Positions 28,936 through 36,970 of a stretch of 64,000 nt of DNA are shown here, piece after piece. The DNA comes from Candidatus Omnitrophota bacterium. GTDB taxonomy: Bacteria; Acidobacteriota; Aminicenantia; UBA2199. Position 1 is the first letter of the stretch; each line of letters starts with the position of its first letter. The notes below the pieces were generated by a model. It was not told the origin of the DNA. It was given only the letters and a program-made list of their open reading frames with translations, and did no database searches. The position numbers were made by a program, and so were the translations under genes. The stretch is taken from NCBI GenBank assembly GCA_050258455.1, contig JBLMYT010000093.1, positions 42,633 through 106,632 of the forward strand. The letters run 5' to 3'.

Positions 28936-30330
28936 ATGAACAACTACAAAAACAACAGGAAAAGAACGTTTCTTTTCAAGACAAACCTTAATAAGTCAAA
29001 GATTATGGGAAGGGTGATGCTATTAGGCATTCTGGCATTACTTTTATTTTTCAATGTATCCGGCCTTAACGCGCAACTTTGTGTAAATCAAAGCGTCTAT
29101 AACTCATGTTCGTGGACCTGGTCTTACGCAGGTCCTTGCAGTTCCCAATATAACTGCCTTTCTTATGCACTCGGCATCACCAGTTCGTGGATTTGGCCCT
29201 GGGGAGGATGTCCTACCAGCAGTCAAGTAGATACTTATCTTGCCACACAAGGCTATTATACTACTGGCGATTTCCCTAAAATTATTTCTTATGGCTCTTC
29301 GTCTTCATGCATCGTACATTTCGGTAAAGTAACGAGCTCGACCACTATAACAGCCAAATGGGGTTCGTTAAACCTTTTGAATCATGGTTCCTGGAACCCG
29401 TATTATTCAGGGTCATGCTATGGAAGTATGCAATCGGTGTATTATCAAAGGGTAGTACCAATGTCTGTTTCAATTTCCGGTCCTAGCAAAGGGTATAATA
29501 CCGGAACCTATACCTGGTGCGCCAATACTTCAAACGGTACACCACCCTATACCTACAGTTGGGAATACAAATATGCTAGTTATTCTTATCAACCCTGGCC
29601 ATTTACAACCCAATGTATAACGGTTTCCTTACCTCTGGATTTTGATCTCTGGATTAAGGCAACGGTCACGGGAGCAGACGGAAAGAAAGTTTCGGCGGAA
29701 AAGTTTATTATAAACCTGGATGCCCTCGGATTAAAATTGGGGGCTACCCTGAATTCCAATCAAATATCTACCCATCTTTCAGACCTGTTAAATGAGGCTG
29801 AGGCGAAGGGGATCATTAGTTCGAATCCCTATGACTATATTAACAATGAATCCTTCCGAAAAATTGTTAAATTGGGACCTGAAGCATTGATGACCATAAG
29901 AAGTATGATCCGAGAGAGCGATGAAAATGGCCTTAAAGAATATATCCTTGCTATAGCCGCAGAAGAAATTGCCAAAACCGATTTGAAAGGAGACCATTTT
30001 GGATGGGAGAACGGAAAAAAATGGACTCAGCAATGGGATTTTTACATGAGATCGTTGTCCGGTAAAGTGGCAGAGATATTTAAATCCGGTATCCCAGTCA
30101 CAGAAAAAAATAAGGCCCTGGTTAAATTGGGTATCCCCGCCATTCCTTTAATCATCGACGAAATCGCTCGTGGAAATTCCCAATACAAAGTCGCAATTCA
30201 AGATTTACTCAAAGGATATCCTTCGCTAACAGGATTAAGGGCAGGAGAAGATGTGAAATCCTGGGAAACTAAAAATTCCAATAATATTAGGGTCTTAAGA
30301 GATTTAATTAATATTTACAGGAAAAAATAA
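28936..30330 (+). CDS. Secreted protein: papain-like (DUF7689-type) domain, PKD/Ig-like domain and helical C-terminal domain
   Basis: Signal peptide (...SGLNA/QL), YNCLSYALG..WIWP, VHFGK..AKWG, then GTPPYTYSW Ig-like segment and repeated VKLG..A motifs. Confidence 0.6.
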   Translation: MNNYKNNRKRTFLFKTNLNKSKIMGRVMLLGILALLLFFNVSGLNAQLCVNQSVYNSCSWTWSYAGPCSSQYNCLSYALGITSSWIWPWGGCPTSSQVDTYLATQGYYTTGDFPKIISYGSSSSCIVHFGKVTSSTTITAKWGSLNLLNHGSWNPYYSGSCYGSMQSVYYQRVVPMSVSISGPSKGYNTGTYTWCANTSNGTPPYTYSWEYKYASYSYQPWPFTTQCITVSLPLDFDLWIKATVTGADGKKVSAEKFIINLDALGLKLGATLNSNQISTHLSDLLNEAEAKGIISSNPYDYINNESFRKIVKLGPEALMTIRSMIRESDENGLKEYILAIAAEEIAKTDLKGDHFGWENGKKWTQQWDFYMRSLSGKVAEIFKSGIPVTEKNKALVKLGIPAIPLIIDEIARGNSQYKVAIQDLLKGYPSLTGLRAGEDVKSWETKNSNNIRVLRDLINIYRKK

Positions 30331-30407
30331 GCCCTTGTAATTATTGGCTCATACAATGGGGTCAGTTTTCTTAACCACTCTTGGTGAGAGAATCTGACCC
30401 CGCTTTT
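30304..30407 (+). repeat. Direct repeat copy 2, likely terminator hairpin
   Basis: GGGGTCAG...CTGACCCCGCTTTT after the stop codon; homologous to 28551-28654. Confidence 0.75.
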
Positions 30408-30455
30408 GGCTCGTTGAATTCTGCGGCAAAATGAGGCATAGATCCACACGAATCG

Positions 30456-31616
30456 TCATGCACCTCTACCTTTTCCCCAATCGATTTTATAGACTTCAAG
30501 CATCTGCGAACCGCTCTCTTGATTGTATAGATAATATAACCGGTTGTTGACCACCCGTATGACGGCTTTTGGATAAGGAGGGGCTTTTAAAACAAATCGT
30601 GAAATAAAAATTCCGTCAGAGTTAAAAACATCCACCATATAACCGGAATTGTTTTTATCTCTTTCATAAGTCATCACATACAACCGACCCTCCGGGTCGG
30701 TTGAAAATTGATGAAACGCAGGCAATGCATCCGGAAATACCAATTTATTCTTAACCAATTGATATTTTTTACCTAAGGTTTCAATAAAAGCTTTTTTGTA
30801 ATCTTCGGAAGGGGAAACCGGTTCGAATTTCTTTTGAATTCTCTTGAGCAATTTACCTGAAAAGTTATAGACGCTAAGATCATAGCCTCTTTCCTGGTTA
30901 CCGGTGATGATCGTATTGCCGGCAATATCCACGCCCATCGTATTGTATATCCCCAGGAGTTTTGAACCCAGAGGGCTAAGCATTTCCATTTCGTCCAGCG
31001 TTTTAATTTCATTAAAACCGGCATCATATAATTGCAATAAAATTTTTATATTACCGGTTTTCGAAGTCGGAAATTCAAATTTTTTAAAAACAAAGTTCCC
31101 ATTCTCCTTATCCAGGATAATCCCTTCGGACGCGGAAGGGGTGAATCGAATATCTTTAATAAATTTTCCATTGGTTTGAAAGAAAGAAAATTTCCGATTT
31201 AGAGGATCCGTGATGACAATTTGGTTGGCGCGATTCAGACGGATTCTCAGTGGAGAACGAAATTCTCCCGGGCCCTGTCCTTCTCTTCCGAACTCGGATA
31301 GGAATTCCCCTTTTTTATTTAAAACGACAATCTTTTGATATTTCACATCGAGTAAATAAATATTACCGGTTTTATCCGCATCCAAATCTCCGATAATTGC
31401 AATCGTTTCCTCAAACTTGTCCAGATCGATCGCATTTTCTGCCTTTAAAGTCACTTTTAATGGCAGCCCATTCACCTTGTAAGGTTGGAGGTGATTGACA
31501 ATCACTTCGACCCCGTTTTCGATTCGTTTTTCGATTTTTTCAACCTGGGCGCCATCAAGAAAAAAGGACATAAACGCAAGTATCAACGTAAGACCGATGA
31601 GTATTCTCATCTTCAC
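30456..31616 (-). CDS. Secreted 6-bladed beta-propeller (NHL-repeat) protein
   Basis: Signal peptide, GNIYLLD, FGREGQGPGEF, D.EGRLYV, DVFNSDG. Confidence 0.85.
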   Translation of the reverse strand: MKMRILIGLTLILAFMSFFLDGAQVEKIEKRIENGVEVIVNHLQPYKVNGLPLKVTLKAENAIDLDKFEETIAIIGDLDADKTGNIYLLDVKYQKIVVLNKKGEFLSEFGREGQGPGEFRSPLRIRLNRANQIVITDPLNRKFSFFQTNGKFIKDIRFTPSASEGIILDKENGNFVFKKFEFPTSKTGNIKILLQLYDAGFNEIKTLDEMEMLSPLGSKLLGIYNTMGVDIAGNTIITGNQERGYDLSVYNFSGKLLKRIQKKFEPVSPSEDYKKAFIETLGKKYQLVKNKLVFPDALPAFHQFSTDPEGRLYVMTYERDKNNSGYMVDVFNSDGIFISRFVLKAPPYPKAVIRVVNNRLYYLYNQESGSQMLEVYKIDWGKGRGA

Positions 31617-32347
31617 CTCCCAATCTCTTTTATATTAAAAAGTTTTATTCCCGCAGTAAAGAGCAGGAACACATAAATGCAATATTTCAGGAAGAAAATA
31701 AATGAAAGCGGCTTTGCCGCAAATAAGTTTTTCACAATAGCCACACTCTTTATCGGGTTGATAAAGTCAACCAGTTGTTTCAAAAAATAAGGTAAGCTCA
31801 AGCCCGGTAAATTGGGTAAGAAAACAATGATAAATATAAGGAAAACCATGACCGAAACATTCATTTCTCTGGGAGTCCACACCGAAATGAATGTCGCAGC
31901 ACCAATGATGGATATTTGGTCTAAGAGTAAGACGCCTAAAATGGGAAGCAAAGAGAATAAGGGAAAGGATTGCTTGTGATAAAGTGTTGTTATCAATCCG
32001 ATTCCGAGTAAAAAAAGAAGAAGCAATAGGGTACAGAAAAATAGTGTGGCCACGTATTTACTCAAATAAATGGAGCTCTTTTTTACGGGTTTTGCCAGAA
32101 TAATATTCATAAAACCGCTGCTGATTTCTTTTCCCAAAATACCGGCACTCAATATCAGGCAAATAAAGATGTTGAAAATAAAGACCTTGTTAAAAAGGAA
32201 TCTTTCAAATGATTCAAGGTGGGCATAATATCGGGTGAAAACAAAAAGAGCAGTAAAGAGGATAAATGCACCCAGGTAAAACGCCACTCTCGACAGGTCT
32301 CTAAAGAACTGAATAATATGAAATTTGATGATGGTTTTTGAAATCAT
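31613..32347 (-). CDS. ABC-2 type transporter permease
   Basis: About six TM helices, EISSGFMNIILAKPVKKSSIYLSKY motif; 4-nt overlaps with both neighbours. Confidence 0.88.
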   Translation of the reverse strand: MISKTIIKFHIIQFFRDLSRVAFYLGAFILFTALFVFTRYYAHLESFERFLFNKVFIFNIFICLILSAGILGKEISSGFMNIILAKPVKKSSIYLSKYVATLFFCTLLLLLFLLGIGLITTLYHKQSFPLFSLLPILGVLLLDQISIIGAATFISVWTPREMNVSVMVFLIFIIVFLPNLPGLSLPYFLKQLVDFINPIKSVAIVKNLFAAKPLSFIFFLKYCIYVFLLFTAGIKLFNIKEIGR

Positions 32348-33075
32348 TGTTGGTCTCCGGCATGCACATGTTTTAAGAACAAGTCTTCGAGGCTTTCTTG
32401 TTTGTTTTGCATATCAAAGGTATGTTGAATTTTACCCTGTTTTAAAAATCCAACTGTATCACAAACTTTTTCCAATTCGGAAAGATAATGAGAACACATG
32501 ATGATCGTTCTTCCCTGTTTCTTTAAGTCGTATAAGATGTTTCTGAAATCGATAATTCCAAGAGGATCAAGGCCTGTTGTGGGTTCGTCTAAAACTACCA
32601 ATCTCGGATTGCCAAGAAGTGCCTGGGCTAAAAACAACCGCTGGATCATACCTTTTGAATAAGTGGTGATTTTTCTTTTTATATTGTCTTCGAGCCCAAC
32701 CTTTATCGTGATCTGATTGATTTCATTTTTCAGATCTTGAGCATTCAGACCGGAGAGAGCCCCCATATACTCAAGAAATTCTTTTCCGTTGAGGTAATTT
32801 AAGTATATGGGATCTTCAGGCAGGTATCCCATCCATTTCTTGGTTTCGATATGGCGGTTATCTTTCCCAAATATGTTGATGATACCGGAATCGGGTTTAA
32901 GAAGCCCGATGATCATTTTGATTGTTGTTGTTTTTCCTGCGCCATTCGGACCGACCAGGCCGAATATCTTCCCTTCTTCGACAGAAAACGATAGTTCATC
33001 TACTGCTTTTTTCGTATCTTTTCCGTCTCTATATGCTTTTGTAAGATTATTGAGTTCAATTTGTTCTATTTTCAT
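32344..33075 (-). CDS. ABC transporter ATP-binding protein
   Basis: GPNGAGKTT, YSKGM signature, LDEPTTGLDP, SH; start taken at ATG 33075 (ORF track begins 33090). Confidence 0.93.
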   Translation of the reverse strand: MKIEQIELNNLTKAYRDGKDTKKAVDELSFSVEEGKIFGLVGPNGAGKTTTIKMIIGLLKPDSGIINIFGKDNRHIETKKWMGYLPEDPIYLNYLNGKEFLEYMGALSGLNAQDLKNEINQITIKVGLEDNIKRKITTYSKGMIQRLFLAQALLGNPRLVVLDEPTTGLDPLGIIDFRNILYDLKKQGRTIIMCSHYLSELEKVCDTVGFLKQGKIQHTFDMQNKQESLEDLFLKHVHAGDQQ

Positions 33076-33080
33076 GAAAA

Positions 33081-33109
33081 AGTGTAACATATTTTGTTTT
33101 TTCTTTCAA
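33081..33109 (-). promoter_or_regulatory. Sigma70 promoter for the ABC/propeller operon (leaderless)
   Basis: TTGAAA-17bp-TACACT with extended TG, ending 5 nt before ATG 33075. Confidence 0.55.
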
Positions 33110-33199
33110 GAAATCAATAGGAAAATTATGGAAAATAATTATTACGGTTTGATTATTATGAATAATTCTTTTAATGATCAAAAAATTAAGATACTGACG

Positions 33200-33244
33200 T
33201 TGACATTTATAGAAAAATGTGATATCCTCTTTATGCTTAAGGAG
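33200..33244 (+). promoter_or_regulatory. Sigma70 promoter and RBS of the RiPP precursor
   Basis: TTGACA (33200)-17bp-TATCCT with extended TG; AAGGAG at 33239-33244. Confidence 0.7.
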
Positions 33245-33249
33245 TATTT

Positions 33250-33438
33250 ATGAAAAAAATAACAAAAGAATCAATAATATCGATCGCTGGTCAGGATGCC
33301 ATTAAGGCAGGTGTCAGAACTTGCGCTGATGCTTGTTCTGATTATTGTGTTGCTTCTTGCCCGGAATCAGGTTCGCTTAATGGTGATACCGCTCTTCAAT
33401 GGGGATTCGGCGGCGTATGGGGACCCGATAAAGTTTAA
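33250..33438 (+). CDS. Putative RiPP precursor peptide (CX3CX3CX3C core)
   Basis: 62 aa with an MKKITK leader, CADACSDYCVASC and a WGFGGVWGP tail; own promoter and RBS; 63 nt upstream of the rSAM genes. Confidence 0.85.
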   Translation: MKKITKESIISIAGQDAIKAGVRTCADACSDYCVASCPESGSLNGDTALQWGFGGVWGPDKV

Positions 33439-33501
33439 TTATTTCATCTAAAAAACTATATCCGGTTTTAGAGAATCGTTATATCTACATATTTACCAAA
33501 A

Positions 33502-35001
33502 ATGTATAAATGGGAAGTCACATTCAAGGATGAGAATAATAACGATTATATATATGATTATTGGAATAATGCGATTTATCATTCAGGTGAGTGTTTTCAG
33601 AATGTCCGAAAATTAAAAGGCCAATATGATATAGATACCATTGTGTCTCTATTACCTGATTTTTCGAGGGAAGAAGTGCTTCTAAATTATAAACGCATTC
33701 AAAAAATTGAAGAAACCAATAAACTTATAACTAAATTCAAAACAGAAGCACTGGAGAAACCGAAAAAATACTTGCCCAGATTGACTCACAAAACCTTCGA
33801 AAAAATGATTTCGCTGACTAAACAATTAACTTTAGAAGTATGTCAATCTTGTAATCAGCGATGCGAGTATTGTATTTATTCGGGAAAATATGAATTTCAG
33901 AGAACTCACCCTGAAGGTAATAAGGTAATGTCATTTGATATTGCACGTAAATCAATCGATTATTTTATCTCCCTTATCAATTCAAAGAAAAGGATATTAA
34001 AATATGGCAATGCAGCGATCGGTTTCTATGGCGGGGAACCATTGCTTGCCTTCGAATTAATCAAAGAGTGCGTTGATTATATAAAAAAGAAAGAAACAAA
34101 AGAAAAAATAATTTACACGATCACAACAAATGGAACACGGTTAAATGAAGAAATGATCAATTTTTTCATTCAAAATGATTTCTGGATACTTTTGAGCCTC
34201 GATGGTCCTCAAGAAGAACACGATAAATTCAGGGTATTTAAAAATAAAAGAGGCACCTTCGAAAAAACCATGAAAGGGATTTCAATGCTAAAAAAATACC
34301 AAGATTATTATGAGAAAAAAGTATCCATTTCCTCGACTTATTGTATGGCCCATGATTTACTTTCCATAGAAGAATTCTTTGAGGAGAATTTTAAAGATAA
34401 AAATATACTTGCCTCAGCGATAAGATCAACCCGAACTGATTTTTATCGGAAAGTAAAGCCCGATCCGAATTTCCTTGAAAAGTACAAAAGACTATTTCGA
34501 AAATATTGCGATGCTGTTGAAAATAACAAACCATTATCCAGTTATATTAACGGTTTTTTTTCAAAAAATCTAGCCAAAGTTCACGATAGACCGATGATTC
34601 GTTTGGATAACCGTTTAAACGGAATACTTAAAATATTCAATATATGCGCAAATTGCTTTCCCGGTGAAAAAATATTTGTGGATACGGACGGGGTATTCTT
34701 TATATGTGAAAGGGTTAATCAGTTTTTTTCTATTGGGGATTACCAAAATGGTATTAATTTTAAAAAGGTAAAAAAAATTGTAGAATCATATTCACAATTT
34801 GCTTTAAAACACTGTCTTTTTTGCGAGGCAAGACGATTTTGCAATTTGTGTATCTCCCATAATGGTGTGAAAGGAAATTTCGAATATAATGATACCTGTG
34901 AGAATGCCCGAATGATTCTTCGGGACACTTTGGGCGCGTATATCACTTTATATCAAAGAAATAAGAATGCGTTACTTAATAATTTAAGAAAAGTATCATG
35001 A
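33502..35001 (+). CDS. Radical SAM/SPASM peptide maturase (Cys-rich peptide maturase-like)
   Basis: N-terminal RRE-like region, QLTLEV..CNQRCEYC, FYGGEPLL, TTNG, SLDGP..HD..R, SPASM CFPG...CERV...CLFC..RFCNLC. Confidence 0.9.
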   Translation: MYKWEVTFKDENNNDYIYDYWNNAIYHSGECFQNVRKLKGQYDIDTIVSLLPDFSREEVLLNYKRIQKIEETNKLITKFKTEALEKPKKYLPRLTHKTFEKMISLTKQLTLEVCQSCNQRCEYCIYSGKYEFQRTHPEGNKVMSFDIARKSIDYFISLINSKKRILKYGNAAIGFYGGEPLLAFELIKECVDYIKKKETKEKIIYTITTNGTRLNEEMINFFIQNDFWILLSLDGPQEEHDKFRVFKNKRGTFEKTMKGISMLKKYQDYYEKKVSISSTYCMAHDLLSIEEFFEENFKDKNILASAIRSTRTDFYRKVKPDPNFLEKYKRLFRKYCDAVENNKPLSSYINGFFSKNLAKVHDRPMIRLDNRLNGILKIFNICANCFPGEKIFVDTDGVFFICERVNQFFSIGDYQNGINFKKVKKIVESYSQFALKHCLFCEARRFCNLCISHNGVKGNFEYNDTCENARMILRDTLGAYITLYQRNKNALLNNLRKVS

Positions 35002-36296
35002 TGCGAGATGAATTGAGTCTTAATTATTTTTTTTTGAACGATGATTGTATATTAATTAAGGGCGCATTAAATGGGGCTATTTATGATTTGAAAAGTGGGC
35101 ATGTTTATTCGTTAACTCCTATAGAAAAATCAATATTGAATTACTGCGAAGAATCCAAATGCCTTAAAACCATTGCAAAATTGTTGAACGTGCCCAAGGG
35201 AGATATACTTAAAATTCTTCAGGAAATAAAAAGGAATGGATTGGGACATTTTTATAAAAATAGCGTTTTTATCGATAAGAATACCGATTACAATTTAAAA
35301 TCTCTATCGCATAAACCGGTAAAATTGGATACGCTTGTCATTGAGCTTCATCGACGATGCGATTTGAATTGTCTTTTCTGCGATAATGAAGAAGCAAACA
35401 GCCCACGGTATGCTTACTGCGGATGCAGAAAAGAAAGAAATCCAAGATGCTTAACTATTGAAAAAATAAAAAGCGTCATCCGAGAAGGAAGGGAATTTAA
35501 TTTGAATTCAATCTACTTTATTGGGGGAGACCCTTTTTTATTTAAAGAAAAGTTTTTCAAATTACTCGAATATTGTCGAAAGCGTGTAAATGGGATATGG
35601 GTTCATACGCATGCGGGAAATCTTAACGATGAAGGCATCAATCTGTTGAATCAACTCGAAATAAATCTTGATATCCCCGTGTATTCGCATGACGAGAAAC
35701 TTCATGATAATATAACCGGTACGCCATATCATTATAAAAAATTGATTTCAGTAATAGAGACGTTAGTGGGAAAAGGAATAAATTTTAATGTTATTCATTA
35801 TATTGGTGATTTCAATTCAACGCATCTTTATAAGACCCAGGAATTTTTCAAAAACTTGGGGTGCTGTTCTGTGACTCAAAAATTTATTTATCCGAAAAAT
35901 AAGATGGCAGCAGATAATCCATTTCTTCATATTTATAATAACAGTAAAAAAAATTTTCCAAGGATAAATAAAGATATTTTTTTCCGTAATAAAACTGGAA
36001 ATATGTGTTTGTCCCGGAAATTGGCAATTTCACGAACAGGAGAGATTGCCCCTTGTCATATTATAGCGGATCGAAGTCTTGGTAATGTTAAAGAAGTAAG
36101 TATAAATGAAGTTCTCAGAATGAAAGAAATCGACTCTTACTGGGAATTATCCAAGGATAAGTTAGAAGTTTGTAATGAATGTGAATATCGCTATCTGTGT
36201 ATTGATTGCCCCATTCTGGAACACCGGGCAGATGGAAAGTTTTATCAAAATTTTTATTGTCGCTATAATCCACAAAGAGCAATGTTTGAGGAATGA
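34998..36296 (+). CDS. Second radical SAM/SPASM peptide maturase
   Basis: YFFLNDDCILIKG...IYDL RRE-like N-terminus, CDLNCLFC, GGDP, SPASM SKDKLEVCNECEYRYLCIDC...CRYNP; ATGA overlap with the upstream gene. Confidence 0.87.
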   Translation: MMRDELSLNYFFLNDDCILIKGALNGAIYDLKSGHVYSLTPIEKSILNYCEESKCLKTIAKLLNVPKGDILKILQEIKRNGLGHFYKNSVFIDKNTDYNLKSLSHKPVKLDTLVIELHRRCDLNCLFCDNEEANSPRYAYCGCRKERNPRCLTIEKIKSVIREGREFNLNSIYFIGGDPFLFKEKFFKLLEYCRKRVNGIWVHTHAGNLNDEGINLLNQLEINLDIPVYSHDEKLHDNITGTPYHYKKLISVIETLVGKGINFNVIHYIGDFNSTHLYKTQEFFKNLGCCSVTQKFIYPKNKMAADNPFLHIYNNSKKNFPRINKDIFFRNKTGNMCLSRKLAISRTGEIAPCHIIADRSLGNVKEVSINEVLRMKEIDSYWELSKDKLEVCNECEYRYLCIDCPILEHRADGKFYQNFYCRYNPQRAMFEE

Positions 36297-36301
36297 TAAC
36301 C

Positions 36302-36319
36302 CTAATCGATAACGGTCAT
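36302..36319 (-). pseudogene. Truncated VapC (PIN) remnant, MTVID*
   Basis: ATG overlaps the antitoxin stop (ATGA); MxVID matches the PIN first-strand motif, then TAG. Confidence 0.45.
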
Positions 36320-36522
36320 CTATCTTTTTCTTCTCTTTCCGGATCCGTGTCCATTCCGGATAAAACTCCGAATAAATCGTCTATTTTTTTTTCAGGAATC
36401 AGTTCTATTCTATCCCCGATAGTCATTAATATGAATCTTTCACCGGGTTTCATATTTTGTTTTTCCCGTATTTCTTTAGGGATGGATATTTGATAACTCG
36501 TCGAAAGATTTACTATAGGTAT
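36316..36522 (-). CDS. AbrB/MazE/SpoVT-type antitoxin (VapB-like), apparent ATA start
   Basis: LSTSYQISIPKEIRE...KPGE...IELIP...G.DTD..REEKDR; GAGGAGGT RBS precedes ATA at 36522. Confidence 0.7.
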   Translation of the reverse strand: MPIVNLSTSYQISIPKEIREKQNMKPGERFILMTIGDRIELIPEKKIDDLFGVLSGMDTDPEREEKDR

Positions 36523-36650
36523 TTTACCTCCTCTGCGTGCCCGGTGCACTTATATTAATGATAGTATAGGTTAATTTCGTATTCAAGCTGTTTGCATGAA
36601 TACCAGCAATTCGCATTCTGTCCCAACACGAAAGCCCATATCGAACACAC

Positions 36651-36758
36651 GGGCAGACACGCAGGTCTGCCCCTACAGGAAAATAAGATCAATTATTGGT
36701 TATATCGCGCGGGACCGCTCGGAATTTTCCCTTAGGGGCGCACCCGTGTGTGCGCCCC
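36651..36758. repeat. Two oppositely oriented GTAG-type REP-like palindromes
   Basis: GGGCAGACACGCAGGTCTGCCCCTAC (36651-36676) and TAGGGGCGCACCCGTGTGTGCGCCCC (36733-36758). Confidence 0.7.
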
Positions 36759-36970
36759 CATTCTATTCGGATGGTCCGAGAATTGACTCATTTTTTCAAT
36801 GATTTAAATCCAGATATTTTATTTCGATATTCAGTAACTGACTGAGTTCTTTTACTTTTTTGGAAGAGATGGGGACAGAATGCAAACTGCTGTTTTTCAA
36901 AATACCCGGTTTTAAAAAATCCCAAAATGGTATATCATATTAAGATAAACTTTTTTCATTGAGGTAAATA

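Noticed and set aside
28551-30407. Integron attC-flanked gene cassette
   Set aside because: No clear RYYYAAC/GTTRRRY attC boxes and no integrase; the repeat includes coding tail and the gene has its own promoter.
32807-33253. 148-aa ORF upstream of the precursor
   Set aside because: It is antisense to the ABC ATPase and runs across the divergent promoters.
36293-36493. 66-aa ORF overlapping the second rSAM stop, as a possible extra RiPP gene
   Set aside because: It is antisense to the recognisable AbrB antitoxin and has no motif.
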